64,000 nt of DNA from the human T2T-CHM13v2.0 reference genome, Homo sapiens, in NCBI RefSeq assembly GCF_009914755.1, contig NC_060942.1; one strand, given 5' to 3'. Below, piece by piece: positions 1-13,313 of this stretch (positions are counted from its first letter, which is position 1; each line of letters begins with the position of its first letter). Position numbers and translations under genes: made by a program. The notes beneath the pieces were generated by a model that saw only the letters and a program-made list of their open reading frames with translations, ran no database searches and was not told the DNA's origin.

Positions 1-19
1 GTGGCACAGAGGACAGGCC

Positions 20-445
<426 letters not shown>

Positions 446-624
446 GCTGGTGTCATGCCTGATTTTACACTGGCTTTTCTCACCCTCTATGACTTTGTGT
501 GGCAGGGTTGCCTTCCCTTTTCAAAAGTGGTGTCACAGCCTGGGCAGACCTCAGGACGGGAATGTGACTCCAGCGAGACACAGAGGTGTGGGACAAATGG
601 CTGCTCCTTCTTTTATAGTTTTAT

Positions 625-1290
625 GTAATTTTTAATGAGGCAGAATTCCCATACCATAAAATTAACCATTATAAAGTGTTCAGTCCACTGGCATTTAGTA
701 TGCTAGACCTGTTGTGCAACTACCATGTCTATCTAGTTCTGAAACATTCTCATCATCCCAATATAAAACCCCATACCCACTAGGCAATCATTCCCCATCC
801 CATCACCACCCCCAGTCCCTGGCAACCACCAATCTGCTTTCTGTTTCTATTAATTAATCTATTTTGCATACTTACAGAAACAGTCATATGTGACCTCTTG
901 GGCCTGGCTTCTTTCCCTTGGCATAATGTTTTTGAGGTTCATTCATTATAGCATGTAGCAGAACTTTATTCCTTTTCATGGCTGAATACTAGTCCATTGT
1001 ATGGATATACCACAATTTGTTTACCCATGCATCTATCAATCCTTACTTGAGTCATCTCCACCTTTTGGCTATTGTCAAAAATACTGCTGTATCTTTTTGA
1101 GTCCTTGCTTGTAATTACTTGGGTGTATACCTGGGGTGGAATTGCTGGGTTGTATGGTAATTCTGTTGAACTCTTTGAGGAGCTGTCAAACTGTGTTCCA
1201 TAGCAGCTGAATATTCTGCATTCACACCAGCAATGTATGAGATTCCAATTTCTCCACATCCCCACCAGCACTTGTGCTTTTTTTTCTTTC
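625..1290 (-). mobile_element. Old L1 (L1MB-like) 3' fragment
   Basis: CCCTGGCAACCACCAATCTGCTTTCTGT...TAGTCCATTGTATGGATATACCACAATTTG motifs; the minus-strand ORF resembles the degenerate ORF2 C-terminus (ELPYNPAIP). Confidence 0.8.
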
Positions 1291-1509
1291 TTGGTTTTTG
1301 TTTGTTTGTGTTTTATTATGATACTGATGACCCTTACTTTTCCTTCCAGCCCTCCCCTGCTCACTCTTGTCTCCCTTTCACTTCAGGTCTAAGTATTAGT
1401 GACTTTACTGGACACTATCCTACATCTCACATGTCTTCCTGCTGCTATATTTGTCCCACTCAACCTCTCCTCTTGGCAACATTGGTCCCATCATAGTGTA
1501 ATGAGCAAC

Positions 1510-1640
1510 AACCCGTGGAAAGAAATGGGCTCATTCCTACTTTAGAGATGAGGAAAATAACACTCAGAGAAGCAAAGTAACTTGCCTGAATAACAGAGCC
1601 ATCATTTAAGGCCAGGCCTTCTGACACCATCCAACCCCTA
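1510..1640 (+). mobile_element. MIR fragment
   Basis: TTTAGAGATGAGGAAAAT...TCAGAGAAGCAAAGTAACTTGCC core; strand refers to the direction this core reads. Confidence 0.55.
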
Positions 1641-2242
1641 GTTCACCACATCAGGGTATTCTTAACCTCCTTAAAATTTTCTGCAAATTTGTATGTGTGC
1701 ATGCACACGTGTGTGTTGCTGGGGAGAGGCCCATCACTTGCATCCGACTCTCCCAGGAGACACCAGCCTCTCACACGCCTCTTTTTCATTGCCCTCCCTG
1801 TTGTGGGTTCCATTTCTCTTTGGGTGAAGAGGGAGAGATGGCTTTGCGCATGGAGGCACTGGTTAAGATGGAGCATAGGAGAGACACAGCTGCAAGGCTC
1901 CCGACCCTACCTTACCCCATCCACCCTGCTCACTGCCTGCTCAGCCCACTCATTCAGTTGCAGGGAGGCCATGCTCCTTCCAGACTGCTGAGCTGCACAG
2001 GGCTGGGCCTCCACACTTCTGTGCTTAGGAAGGATGGCCTTACCTACCTTTCTCAGTGGGTCAGCTTCAGGAAGGGGTTGTGAGCAAAGGTGATGCTTGC
2101 CCAGTGTCCTGTTGCAACAGTGTAGCGGAGCTTGGGTATGCCACAGGAATAGGAGCAGGATTTTGCTTTTCTCAAGTTCAGTGTAGCCAGTCTGTCACTA
2201 GACCTGCTGGGTCCCTGCATGGTGCTGGGTACCAGGAAAGTA

Positions 2243-2243
<1 letters not shown>

Positions 2244-2279
<36 letters not shown>
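2244..2279. repeat. (AC)18 microsatellite
   Basis: Direct read. Confidence 0.95.
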
Positions 2280-2282
<3 letters not shown>

Positions 2283-4950
2283 TATACAATACAGTCCCTG
2301 CCCAGAAGGACTGTTTATTCTACTGGGAAAAGGAAATATGAACCTATTCATGATGGAGACTGTGTAGGGGAAGAAAGACTAGACTATGCGGTGTAGACAT
2401 ACAGACTAGACTATGCAGTGTAGACATATAGACACCATAAAGACATATATAGACAGGTATAAAGTGTGATGCCTGGTGCAGGGTTAAATAAAGTCAATGC
2501 AAAAGGGGTTAGAAAGGAGAGCACTTTACAGGTTGAACCATCTGGGAAAGGCTTCAGGAGGGAGACTTCCCTGGGCAGCTCCAGTCTCTCCTGTGTGCCC
2601 CGGGAGCACATAGCTGGTGACGTCAGTGGGGACACTGAGGCCTGGGGAGATCGAAGCGATGGTGCTGCCTTATTGACTACAGGTGCCCAATGGGGCCTGC
2701 ATGTTGAAGGCAAGCTTGCCAAAGTGTCTCACCAGTCCCCAGAGATGAACTAACTTCCTAGCAAAAAAGCGATGAATAACTATGAAGGAGAGGAATTCCC
2801 CTTATGCCGAGGGACTTTGTCCCTTCTGAAGCCAGAGTAACCAGCCACACCTGTGTCACCAGCTGTGGGCCTAAATTCCTCGGCCAGTCTCACTTTCTCA
2901 CCAGGAGCCTCCAGATTTGCTGAGAGTCACCTGGGGTCTCCCATGGATATCTGGCTCACTAGCCAAAGCCTGTCACTCCCAGGTTCCCAGGGAGTCTGAG
3001 TGCAGTGTCTGTGGCCACCTCATGGCCAGACCAGGAACTGTGACCCCCTTAGAGTCCTGCTGTAGTGGGGACACACTCCATGCGCCAGCCACTGCAGCCT
3101 TCCTGGGATGCAGGTACCACTCAGTTGCCAAGGCTCCCTGCAGCCTGTGTTTCCATGGAGGGACAGAAATCAGAGAAGGCTGTTGCCTTGGAAACCCTGT
3201 TGGCAGCAGTGACTCAGCTGGTCTGTAGCCACCTTCAGCCCTCCAAACCTGCAGGCCTCTGGGGAGATCTGAGCCCTGACGAGGGCAGGCCTCGTGGGAC
3301 AGCAGCCCTCCCTGCAGGCCTCCACCTGCCCACCCCCAGGGGCGCTGAGGCGAGAACAGAAAGCTGTGTTTGGAGTGTGCTAGGCTGGTGCCCAGCGTGT
3401 GCTTGGAGCTCAGTGCATGCGAGAGAGTCCTGAGGTGTGTTTTACCCACAGGAGACACTGGGGAGGTGGTATCAGCCATTCTAGTCAAGCCAAGTCCCCA
3501 GTGCCCTCCTCCCCTATGGCCCAGGCGGGTGCAGAACACAGAAGACTACACGCAGTTGGTGCTTTCACAGGCCAGCCTGTCTGCACCAGGCAGATTGATG
3601 AGTTAAGAGATGTTTGGATGTTCCGGGCCTTTCTCCACCTGCTCACCTGTAGCCCCAGCACATCACAGTTGTGGGGACAGCCGGGGGCCGGGGGAAACTT
3701 TTTCTTTTCCTTCATGCCTGTTATACCTTGCACACCATTCCCCACCCCAGCTCCACCATGCCCCTTGCCTACCCCTTGCACCCTGACCCCTAACATGCTC
3801 TAGCCACAGCAAACTGGCACCACACATGCTCCTAACTCTAGGCCTTTGCCTGCGCCGTGTCAGCCTGGGACATCCTCCCAAATTCCCTGTGCTTGGCCAG
3901 CTCACCTCTCACCTTCCTCCTGCCCCTCGCCCAAGACAGTTCTAGACGCTGCTCCTTGGGGTTCCTGCAACGATCCCTTGTCCCCAGCGGGGCACTTGCT
4001 GCTCTACTGTGGGGGGTGATTATCCCGCCAGACACCGAGAGGGGCAGTTGTGTGCACTGTTTACACCTGGGTCCCAGACCCTGTCCAGAGCCGGGCACAG
4101 AAGTGTTTGGTGAATGGAGAAATGAGCCATCAAATGGGGCTTGGGTTAGCCCCCTGTTCTCTTCCACCCAGGCCTTTGCTGGTGTTTGCAGCTAGTTTCT
4201 CCTCCTCTGGGTTCCAGGGCGCCTCTGGCCATAGGACTTTTATGACACCGATCTCGTGCTGCCCCCAGTGGTGCTCCGGCACCCAGCCCTGTTAGAGGAG
4301 TTTAGGATTTGTTCTAAGGGCCATCCACTGTCTGAGGGCAGGAACCAAAACTGATTTTTTTTTTGGTTCACAAGGCCCAAAACAGAAGAGATGCTTGGTA
4401 AATGTTTAAACAATGAACTAGTTACTCTGAAAGGTGAGATTCGTATGAACTCTGCAGCTGGAAAATGACCCAACTCATGGGACATCTCTCACCATTCCTC
4501 AGTCAATACCAGTAATAATAGTAACTGACAATACTTACTATGCACCGGCCATGCTCCAGCCTCTGTTCTAAGTGTTTGCCTCATTTATTTAAAACTCGCC
4601 ACCACCCAGAGAGGGAGGAACTGTTACCATCTTCTCTTCAATAGATGAAGCAACTAGGAGACCCAGAAATTGAGTAATTTGCATGAGGCTGGGTTGGCTC
4701 CAGAATCTGTGTCCTTAATTAATCACCCTCCTGCCTCTTTGCCTAAACAACAGCAACAATATTAGTGGTAATGAAAGTAGTCATAGTAGTAGCAATATAT
4801 TTACTTCATTATTTATTTTAATTTTGTTATTATTACCAGTATTTACCATTAAACATATGTGTGTATGTTTAAGATATATTTAATGGTAAATACAGATAAT
4901 AATACATACACAAGAAATATACACACACACATTTATAAACAAACAAGCTA

Positions 4951-4953
<3 letters not shown>

Positions 4954-5004
<51 letters not shown>
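4954..5004. repeat. (AT)n microsatellite between MIR fragments (about 4520-4720 and 5040-5280)
   Basis: Direct read; flanking GATGAAGCAACT and GAGGAAACTCA...AGAGAGGTTAAACAACTTG MIR cores. Confidence 0.9.
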
Positions 5005-5006
<2 letters not shown>

Positions 5007-5761
5007 CTAGACTATATATGTGTGTATATATGTACCGTTTACTGTGGGCTGTCACAGTTCTAAGCATCTAAGCACTCCAGATACATTCATTAATTTAATC
5101 CTCCAGCCACCTTAAGATGTTAGACACTATTATCCTCATTTAACAAATGAGGAAACTCATTTGATGAAATGAGTACAGAGAGGTTAAACAACTTGTACAG
5201 GGTCCCCAGTTGGTAAGGGATGCAGCGGGGATTCAAACCCTGGGAGTCTGGTTTCGGAATCTGCACCCTTAAATATGCCAAAGATTCAGACCTCTGGCCA
5301 GGGAGTTGGGGCCAGCCTCTCTGGCCCGAGGGCACGCCCACTCACAGAGGACATGAAGACAAAGCATAGACTATCTGAGTGGGCTTGCTGGACTGACCCA
5401 GAGTCAAGCCAAAAAGGAAGGAAGCCCTATTGGGTTTTCTGCTAGCCCCTGCCAGCCTATGTGACCTTGAGAAAGTTGCTTGGTGTCTCTGTCCACTGAT
5501 CTTCTGTTCAGTGTAATGGGGCAAGGTGGATGGGCTTTGACAGGAGTTGTGATGAGTAAGGAGCTTAGCTTCTCTGCCTGGAAGGAGCAAGGGGAACTCT
5601 GGTTCCTCTCCCACCTCCCTCCAGGTTGGCTGTTGCATTACGGGAGGACCCCCCCCCACACACACACAGCGTCTCTAGGGCTGTTTCCTCTAGGTGGGAC
5701 AGCCCCTGCAGGGCTTGAGGGTGGGCAGCACCAGGTATCTGCTGACTGTCCCTCCTCTCCT

Positions 5762-5830
5762 GCTGGCCGGATGGGACAGGAGGCATGAATGAGCCATCTT
5801 TCCAATGCCTTTCTGTCTTTTCTGGTCCAG
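5762..5830 (+). ncRNA. MIR4743: MIR4743 precursor hairpin (5p about 5764-5786 TGGCCGGATGGGACAGGAGGCAT; 3p about 5810-5830)
   Basis: CTGGCCGGATGGGACAGGAGGCAT pairs with ATGCCTTTCTGTCTTTTCTGGTCCAG. The sequence matches recalled miR-4743, and its 3' end is the intron's AG. Confidence 0.85.
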
Positions 5831-5906
5831 GTGTGGCAAAGGGAAGCTGGAAGATGGGGATGGCATCAACCTGAATGACATCGAGAAGGTCCTTCCAGCC
5901 TGGCAG
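5831..5906 (+). CDS. CTIF: CTIF internal coding exon, 76 nt (phase 2 in, phase 0 out), encodes (G)CGKGKLEDGDGINLNDIEKVLPAWQ
   Basis: Polypyrimidine tract plus CCAG acceptor ending 5830; CAG|GTAGGT donor at 5907. The peptide matches my recollection of the human CTIF N-terminal region and joins in frame to exon 51020-51096. Confidence 0.95.
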
Positions 5907-6739
5907 GTAGGTGCAGGGGCAGGCTCTCTAACAGCCCACCCCCACCCCTGGAGTCCTGATCCTCTTCCTGGACAGGACCTAACCAAAGCACTCCTTCTGG
6001 CTGCTTGTTCCAGCAAGGAGTGTAACCGCCTGTATGGTAGTAATAGGCAGGGCTGGCTACCTGCCATTCTCCAGGGTGTCCCATTGTGATCGTGTGTGTG
6101 ACAGCCTACTCGGTGATGCTGCAGGCCCTGCTGGCAGGCCTGATGTGCCCTAGAGATGAAATAGACCATGCCCTGGCAACTCAGTGAACTTGGAAGTTTT
6201 TGTCCCTTGGCCTGAAACCTCTCTGCAGGTGAAGTGTCCTGTGGTGTGTTCAGGTGGGACTGGCAGGCCTGGAAGAGATTCTAATGTGGCTGGGGCTGTC
6301 TTTAGGCTTTTGAACAGTGGACTTGCCCTGCTGGCCTCCAGGTGTCTGCTATGCTTGCTCTTTTTTTTATTGATTGGGCCTCTTTCCTGGAATCAGGCCA
6401 GGTTCCAGGACAAAGAGGATTCACTCAGTGAATCCAGGTCTCTAGATACTTATAGTGCTGGACTTTTGGTGGAAACAGCAGGAGTCTAGCTGCTCTCAGG
6501 AGTGTGACTGGGCCTGCTGCAGGGGTGTAAAAGCAGTGGACCTTCCACAGTGACTGAGTCTGCCGCTGCCAGTGACCATGACCTACCACCACACTCCACT
6601 GTGCCACCCTTCCCTTCTCTCCTGATTCTTCTCCTGCTATTTTATCTATATCCATTCATCTCTTCCTGGTGCCTTTGCCATTTTGTTTCTTCTCTGTTCA
6701 TGCCTTGGGCCTATCAATGAGAGACAATAGAGCATACAG

Positions 6740-7158
6740 TTAAGACCTCATCTATTTGATTATGATGTGCCTTGGTGTGGTGGTTTTCTTCATGTTTCTC
6801 CCACTTGGGATTTATTGAGTTTCTTGGATCTGTAGGTTTATAGTTTCATCAAATTTGGAAAATTTTCAGCCACGATTCCTCCTACTTTCCCTCAACCCTG
6901 GGGTTCCAATTGTATGTATTCTATGCTTCTTCATCTTTTCCCATGGCTCACCAAAGCTCTGCCTGATTTTTTAAAGTCTTTCTTTACTCTCTTTGTTTCA
7001 TTTTGGATAGCTTTTATTGCTATTTCTTCAAGTTCACTAATATTTTATTCCAGTGTCAAATCTACTGTTAATCCCATTCAGTATATTTTTCATTTCAGAC
7101 ATTGTAGTTTTTATCTCTCGAAGGTCATTGTGGGCTTTTTTAATAAATAAATAAATAA

Positions 7159-7210
<52 letters not shown>

Positions 7211-7960
7211 CTTCTCTTCCTCATGCTTTCTTTTCTGCAGCATATAGAACCTATTCCCAATAGCTGTTTTAAGTCCTTCTCTACTAATTCTGTCATCCAT
7301 ATAATCTCTGAGTCTATTTCTATTCATTGATTTTTCTCTTGGTTATGGGGCATACCTTTCTTTACATGCTTGGTAATTTGATGTTAAATGTCATATGTTA
7401 GAACCTTTACATTATTGGGTGCTATTTTTTTTGTATCACTTTAAATATTTTGGGTTTTGTTCTGGATCACAGTTAAGTTACATAAAAACAGTTTGATCCT
7501 TTCAAGACTTGCTTTTAGGCTTTGTTAGGGTGGGAAGACTTTAGTGTAGGGCAAATTTTGCTCCACTGCTGAATCAATACCCTTCTGAGATTGCCACCCA
7601 ATGCTCTGTGTATTAGGAGGTGTTCCCCCCTGGCTGGAGAAACACAAACTATTTTCAGCCGTATGTGATCTCAGTGGATTGTTCTATCTATTCCTTGCCT
7701 CAGAAGTTTCCTTACACATGGACAAATTAATACTCAGCCAAAGACTTGAGAGGCTAAGATTTCTGGATTTATCTCTGTATGTTGGTCTCTCCTCTTTAGT
7801 ACTCTGCCTTGCAAATCAAATTGTCTTGGACTCCGTGGATTTTGAACCCTGTCATCTTAGCTCATTGAGACCACTGGGCCCTGGACTGCCCTCCCTGTGT
7901 TGCAGACTGGAAACTTTCCAGGCAATGAACCAGGGCACACATAGAGGTCACCTCATTACA
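6740..7960 (-). mobile_element. Old L1M fragment containing a (TAAA)n(TA)n microsatellite at 7141-7201
   Basis: T-rich text such as TTCATCAAATTTGGAAAATTTTCAGCC; the minus-strand peptide EIKTTMSEMKNILNGINSR resembles the L1 ORF1p coiled coil. Confidence 0.75.
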
Positions 7961-7999
7961 AAGAGAAATATGATGACTTTATCACGGAGAAACCTGGAA

Positions 8000-8585
8000 G
8001 GCCCCAACGTGACCAGGTGATCAAGGAAACATCATTAGTGATGGGATGGGTGGACACTATGTCCTTCCTTCCAAGAAAGCATAGCCTGAGTCTGGTTTTT
8101 GGAAATCAGTATAAGGACCACTCTCTATAACTGCTTGGACACAAAAGACAGGGAAAGACTGAGGAAGTCTTCCAGATTGTAGAAGACAGAAGAGGCAAAT
8201 GACTAAATACAACTTGTGTTCCTTGCTGAAATCCTGAACCAGAAGGAAATGCTGACCTTGCTGGGACAGTTGGAGAATGTGATTAGGTCTGTGGGTGGGA
8301 CAGTAGTGTTGCTTCGATGTCAGTTTCCTGACTTGGAGGCGGTGTTGGTCATGTGGGCGAGTGTGCTTGACTTTGAGAAATACACACTATGATGTTTGAG
8401 GGATATGGGCCTGGTGTCTGCAGCGTCTCCTCAAATGGTTTAGAAAGAGATTGATGATAATGGTTTGTAGACACAGAGGAAGAGAAAGGGCAAACATGCG
8501 GAGGTGTTAACAGTTGGGGAATCTGAGTGAGGAGGACGTGGATGTTCTTTGTACAGTTCTTGCACTTTCCTATAAATTTGACAGG
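8000..8585 (+). mobile_element. L1MC-like 3' UTR fragment
   Basis: GGGGAATCTGAGTGAGG...TTCTTTGTACAGTTCTTGCACTTTCCTATAAATTTG, typical of L1MC/L1ME 3' ends. Confidence 0.6.
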
Positions 8586-10046
8586 AAAAAGAATCAATCA
8601 GTAGGGCCGAGGCTGTGATGTATAAGTCACAGGCAGAGTATCAGCTCATGAAACACCCTTTGGGCTGGATCTATATTAAATTATCACTGCTAATGGAAAG
8701 CCAGCCTTGACGCAAGAGAAAAAAGGGTAAGGTACTCGAAGTGACCACCTTATCACTCCATTTCTAAATGCCAAGAGCATTCATCATTGATAGAAGAAGT
8801 ACATTTGAGAGACCCCGATCTAGGTGAGAAACCAGATGCCCCCTGCACTAGGCGGGGTGTTGACCACTCGGTACCCTTTGAGCCAGAAGCTTGGGAGTCA
8901 TGGCTGGAAAAGTAACAGATCTGACGCTTTGTGTTGTTTGGTGACTGTTTCTTCACTCCTCTAGGGTACAAAATGGAGGACCTTTGGTTCCTGCTCAGAC
9001 GAGAAAGGAGAGCTGGGCTGCTGGCTGGGTGGGAGGTTGGCGGTCAAGGGCTTGGTGTCTGGACCCAGGCATAGTCCCCATGGAATCCCAGCCCTGCCAT
9101 TGACTAGCCCAGGAGTCTGGGGCTAGCTACTTACTCGCACTCTGCCTCAGTTTCCTCCTCTGTAAGATGAGGGAAATAACCATATCTACTTTATGGGGCG
9201 TTTGGGAAGATCAAGCACATTCCTTCACTTGAGGTGCTGAGGATGATGCCCAGCGCACAGTGGGTGCTGTGTTGGTCTCTGCTGTAATTATTCCCGGGAC
9301 TCAACAATGCCAGTGAAGCCCCACCTTCTGAGGGTGGACCAGGCTATGGGGGCCCCCTCTGTTAAGAAGAGGAAGGAGGGGGTGATTTCCTGCTCCTACC
9401 CCCAGGTGAGTTGTTTCTTGGTGAAGAGGGCAATTCTGCTGGGCAAAAGCTCAGATGATGAACCTTGGCTCATAGGTTACCAAGGCCCTGGTTGATTCTT
9501 CTCCTATGCGGCCTGACAGGCAGTGGAGACAGATTGGACTAGAGGTCAGAAGAATCCACTTCTGGATGTCTGCCAGAGCCGTGTGTGTGACCTCTCCTCT
9601 GTGGGCCTCAGTTTACTCATCAGCATAATGACACAGTTGTATTAGATCAGAGGTTTGCAAACTGTGAAGCCCTCAGGATTCTCCTGGGTTGCCCCTGGGT
9701 GCTACTGGGGGGAATAGGGAGGCGGAAGCAGCCAGTTCTAGGGGCCCCCACTTGGGCCCACCCAGAACTGTTTGGCTGGTGCCTCTAAATCAGGATTCTA
9801 ACGTGGTTTCATGTAAAGAAACAATCCTACTACTAAACAAACTTTGAACATCATCAGACCAAGGTCCTCTGAGGTTTCACATTCTAGAGTTTTCTTTTTT
9901 TTCTCAAGGGACGGTAAATCAGTGAGAATTCCGGGCTCTCCAGGGCCCACATGTGATGCTAAGCTCTTAGGGGCGGCTGGTAGTGGAGGCCTTCACCCAC
10001 CGTCTCCACCGTCAGGCTGGAGCAGAAGGGCTTGGATATTCGTGCG

Positions 10047-10280
10047 CGCGCACACACACTCTTACACACCATCTATCACACACACGTACACACATACACA
10101 CACCACACACATCAAACATACACATTACATATCATACACCTACACATACTCACTGCACATACCACACACCACACATGTACATACACACATATACACATCA
10201 CACACATCCCTTCACACCCTACACACACATACACTACACATGCACACACATACATCACACACATATACACCCATATATAC

Positions 10281-10311
<31 letters not shown>

Positions 10312-10338
10312 CCCCCACATGTTTCCATGACACACACT
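10047..10338. repeat. Degenerate CA-rich low-complexity tract
   Basis: Direct read; source of the His/Thr-rich spurious ORFs. Confidence 0.9.
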
Positions 10339-10455
10339 TTGGATGTGCTTTGCCCTCAGTGAACTATCAGCAGATGAATCTGAGGCCACGGTGCTGGAGC
10401 TCAGCTGCATGTCGGAACTGCCTGGGAAGTGCTGAAATCTACACTGTCTGCCCAC

Positions 10456-11400
<945 letters not shown>

Positions 11401-13119
11401 AGAATCTGCATTTTTAAAGCATTGTAGGAAATTCTGATTATCAGCAAGAGTTGAAAACTTAAAGTCCTGGCTGATAATGCTCCTGGCTTGACTGCTCCTT
11501 GGAGTATCTACAATTCACTTGGGTACCCTTAGGACAAGGTAGACAGGCTTCTTGATCCCCAAACACAGACTTTTGGTGTTTGAGGAATTTGCGGTCCTGT
11601 GAGAGCACAATGGGATGACTTATCTGAGTTTTCCTAGTGTTCTTCAAAGCCCCTCATAAATAGGGCTGGCTGGTTCACTCGTCTGGCCTTGGGTCCTGAG
11701 GGTCAGCTGGCCTAGCTATTAGCATATGTGGTGGGGACAACTCTTAATAGTATGGACGTGTCCAATGCAATGTGGGATATTTAGGACTCCTGGCCTCTGC
11801 CACTGAATGGCCGTCACTGGAGAGGGGCAGGCATAGTGACCACCAAAAACATCCTCCTACTTCCAGATTCACCTAGGAGATATTGTGCATCCAGCTGAAG
11901 ACCCCCAAATGGGAGGGAAAGCCCACCTCTAGCCTGAGGACCTCCAGCCCTCCTATGGGAGTCTTGAGCCTGTACATAGATAAGCGGGCTTCCTAGAGAC
12001 TTTCTTAGACAAAAATCAGGGCTGGCCTCCCCTCCCTACCTGGAGGCAAGAAGGAAAGAGGGTGACAAAGGGAGGTTGGCCTCAAGCCCATTGCCTACCT
12101 GCCCTCCACTTCTGCACCCCAGAAGAAGAGGGGCATAAAGATCCTACCAGCTGTGTCCCCAGCATGTTCTCAACCCACAGAGGCCCAGACCCCCATCTCC
12201 GGCCCCTTCTGTCCCTGTTCGGACTCCTTAGCAGGCAGGAGGCTTTGTGATGTTCTCAGCACCCTTGCCCAGCCTCTGTCCTGGGCTCCCCCTGCCATCC
12301 TGTGGCCCTGTCAGTCCCTCCCCTGATCTGTTCTGATCTTCCATCTCTCCTTGCTTTCTCACCAGCAGGCGGTTCCCTCTGCCTAAAATCTCACTCAGCC
12401 CTTCTCTGCCTGTCCTTTTTCTGGCTCAGGATACCTCCCCTGATCCCTCTCAGATGCACAGGATGGAGTCCAGCATCCACCTGCCATTTCCCCAGAGCCC
12501 CTGCCCCCATCTCTGTGGCATGGCTCCCACCACGTCGCACCTGCTTACATAACTGCCAGACTCCCTTCCTGGACTCTGGGCTGCCTGAGGGCTGGGCCAT
12601 TTCCTTCAGCCTCATAACCCCAGCACCAGGTGCTCTAGAGTGAGTGCTGCTGAAGAACCTCCTTTCTAGATGTGCTGTTGTGTTGTCTAGAGTGTACAAG
12701 AAAGGCAGGATTTGTGTCTGTCTTGACACTCAGTCGTCCCTCTGTCTCTGAGTTTCTCCCACCACTTCCCAGCAGAAATTCAGCATGAACCTGGTTATGC
12801 TCTTCTCGGTGTGATTTCTGAGACACATTTGTTGTTGTTGTTGTTGTTAAAGAAAACAGGATTTTTCCATCATCTCCTGTATTAGGACACTATAGGCCAT
12901 GGCATAATACTAAACAAACCCCACATCTCAGTGGAATCACACACAGAATTTTATTTCTAACTTTCTGAAATTCTGCTGAGGGTCCAGCTGGTCTCCAGGG
13001 TAGCTCCTTGGGGACTCCAGGGTCCAGGTGGATTGCGTTCTGTGGCCCTGCCATCTCAATCCATGGTATCCAAGTGGCCCTGGCACAGGCAAAGAGAGCT
13101 GGAGGGTCGTGTTCTAGGT

Positions 13120-13313
13120 CAAGCTTGGCCAACCTGTGGCCCAGGATGGCTTTGAATATGGCCCAAAACAAATTTTTAAACTTTCTTAAAACATTATGAG
13201 GTATTTTACAATTTTTTGTTTTAGCTCATCAGCTATCATTAGTGTATTTTATGTGTGGCCCAAGACAGTTGTTTCGGTGTGGCCCAGGGAAGCCAAAAGA
13301 TTGGACACCCCTG
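13120..13313 (-). mobile_element. MER30 DNA transposon nested in an MLT1-like LTR (about 12880-13420)
   Basis: Ends CAAGCTTGGCCAACC and GGGAAGCCAAAAGATTGGACACCCCTG match recalled MER30 termini. Confidence 0.8.

Noticed and set aside
2618-2625. Full CRE palindrome TGACGTCA
   Set aside because: A single 8-mer in 64 kb with no supporting context is within chance expectation.
5805-6089. 94-aa ORF containing the CTIF peptide
   Set aside because: Only 5831-5906 is exonic; the flanks are intron read-through past canonical splice sites.
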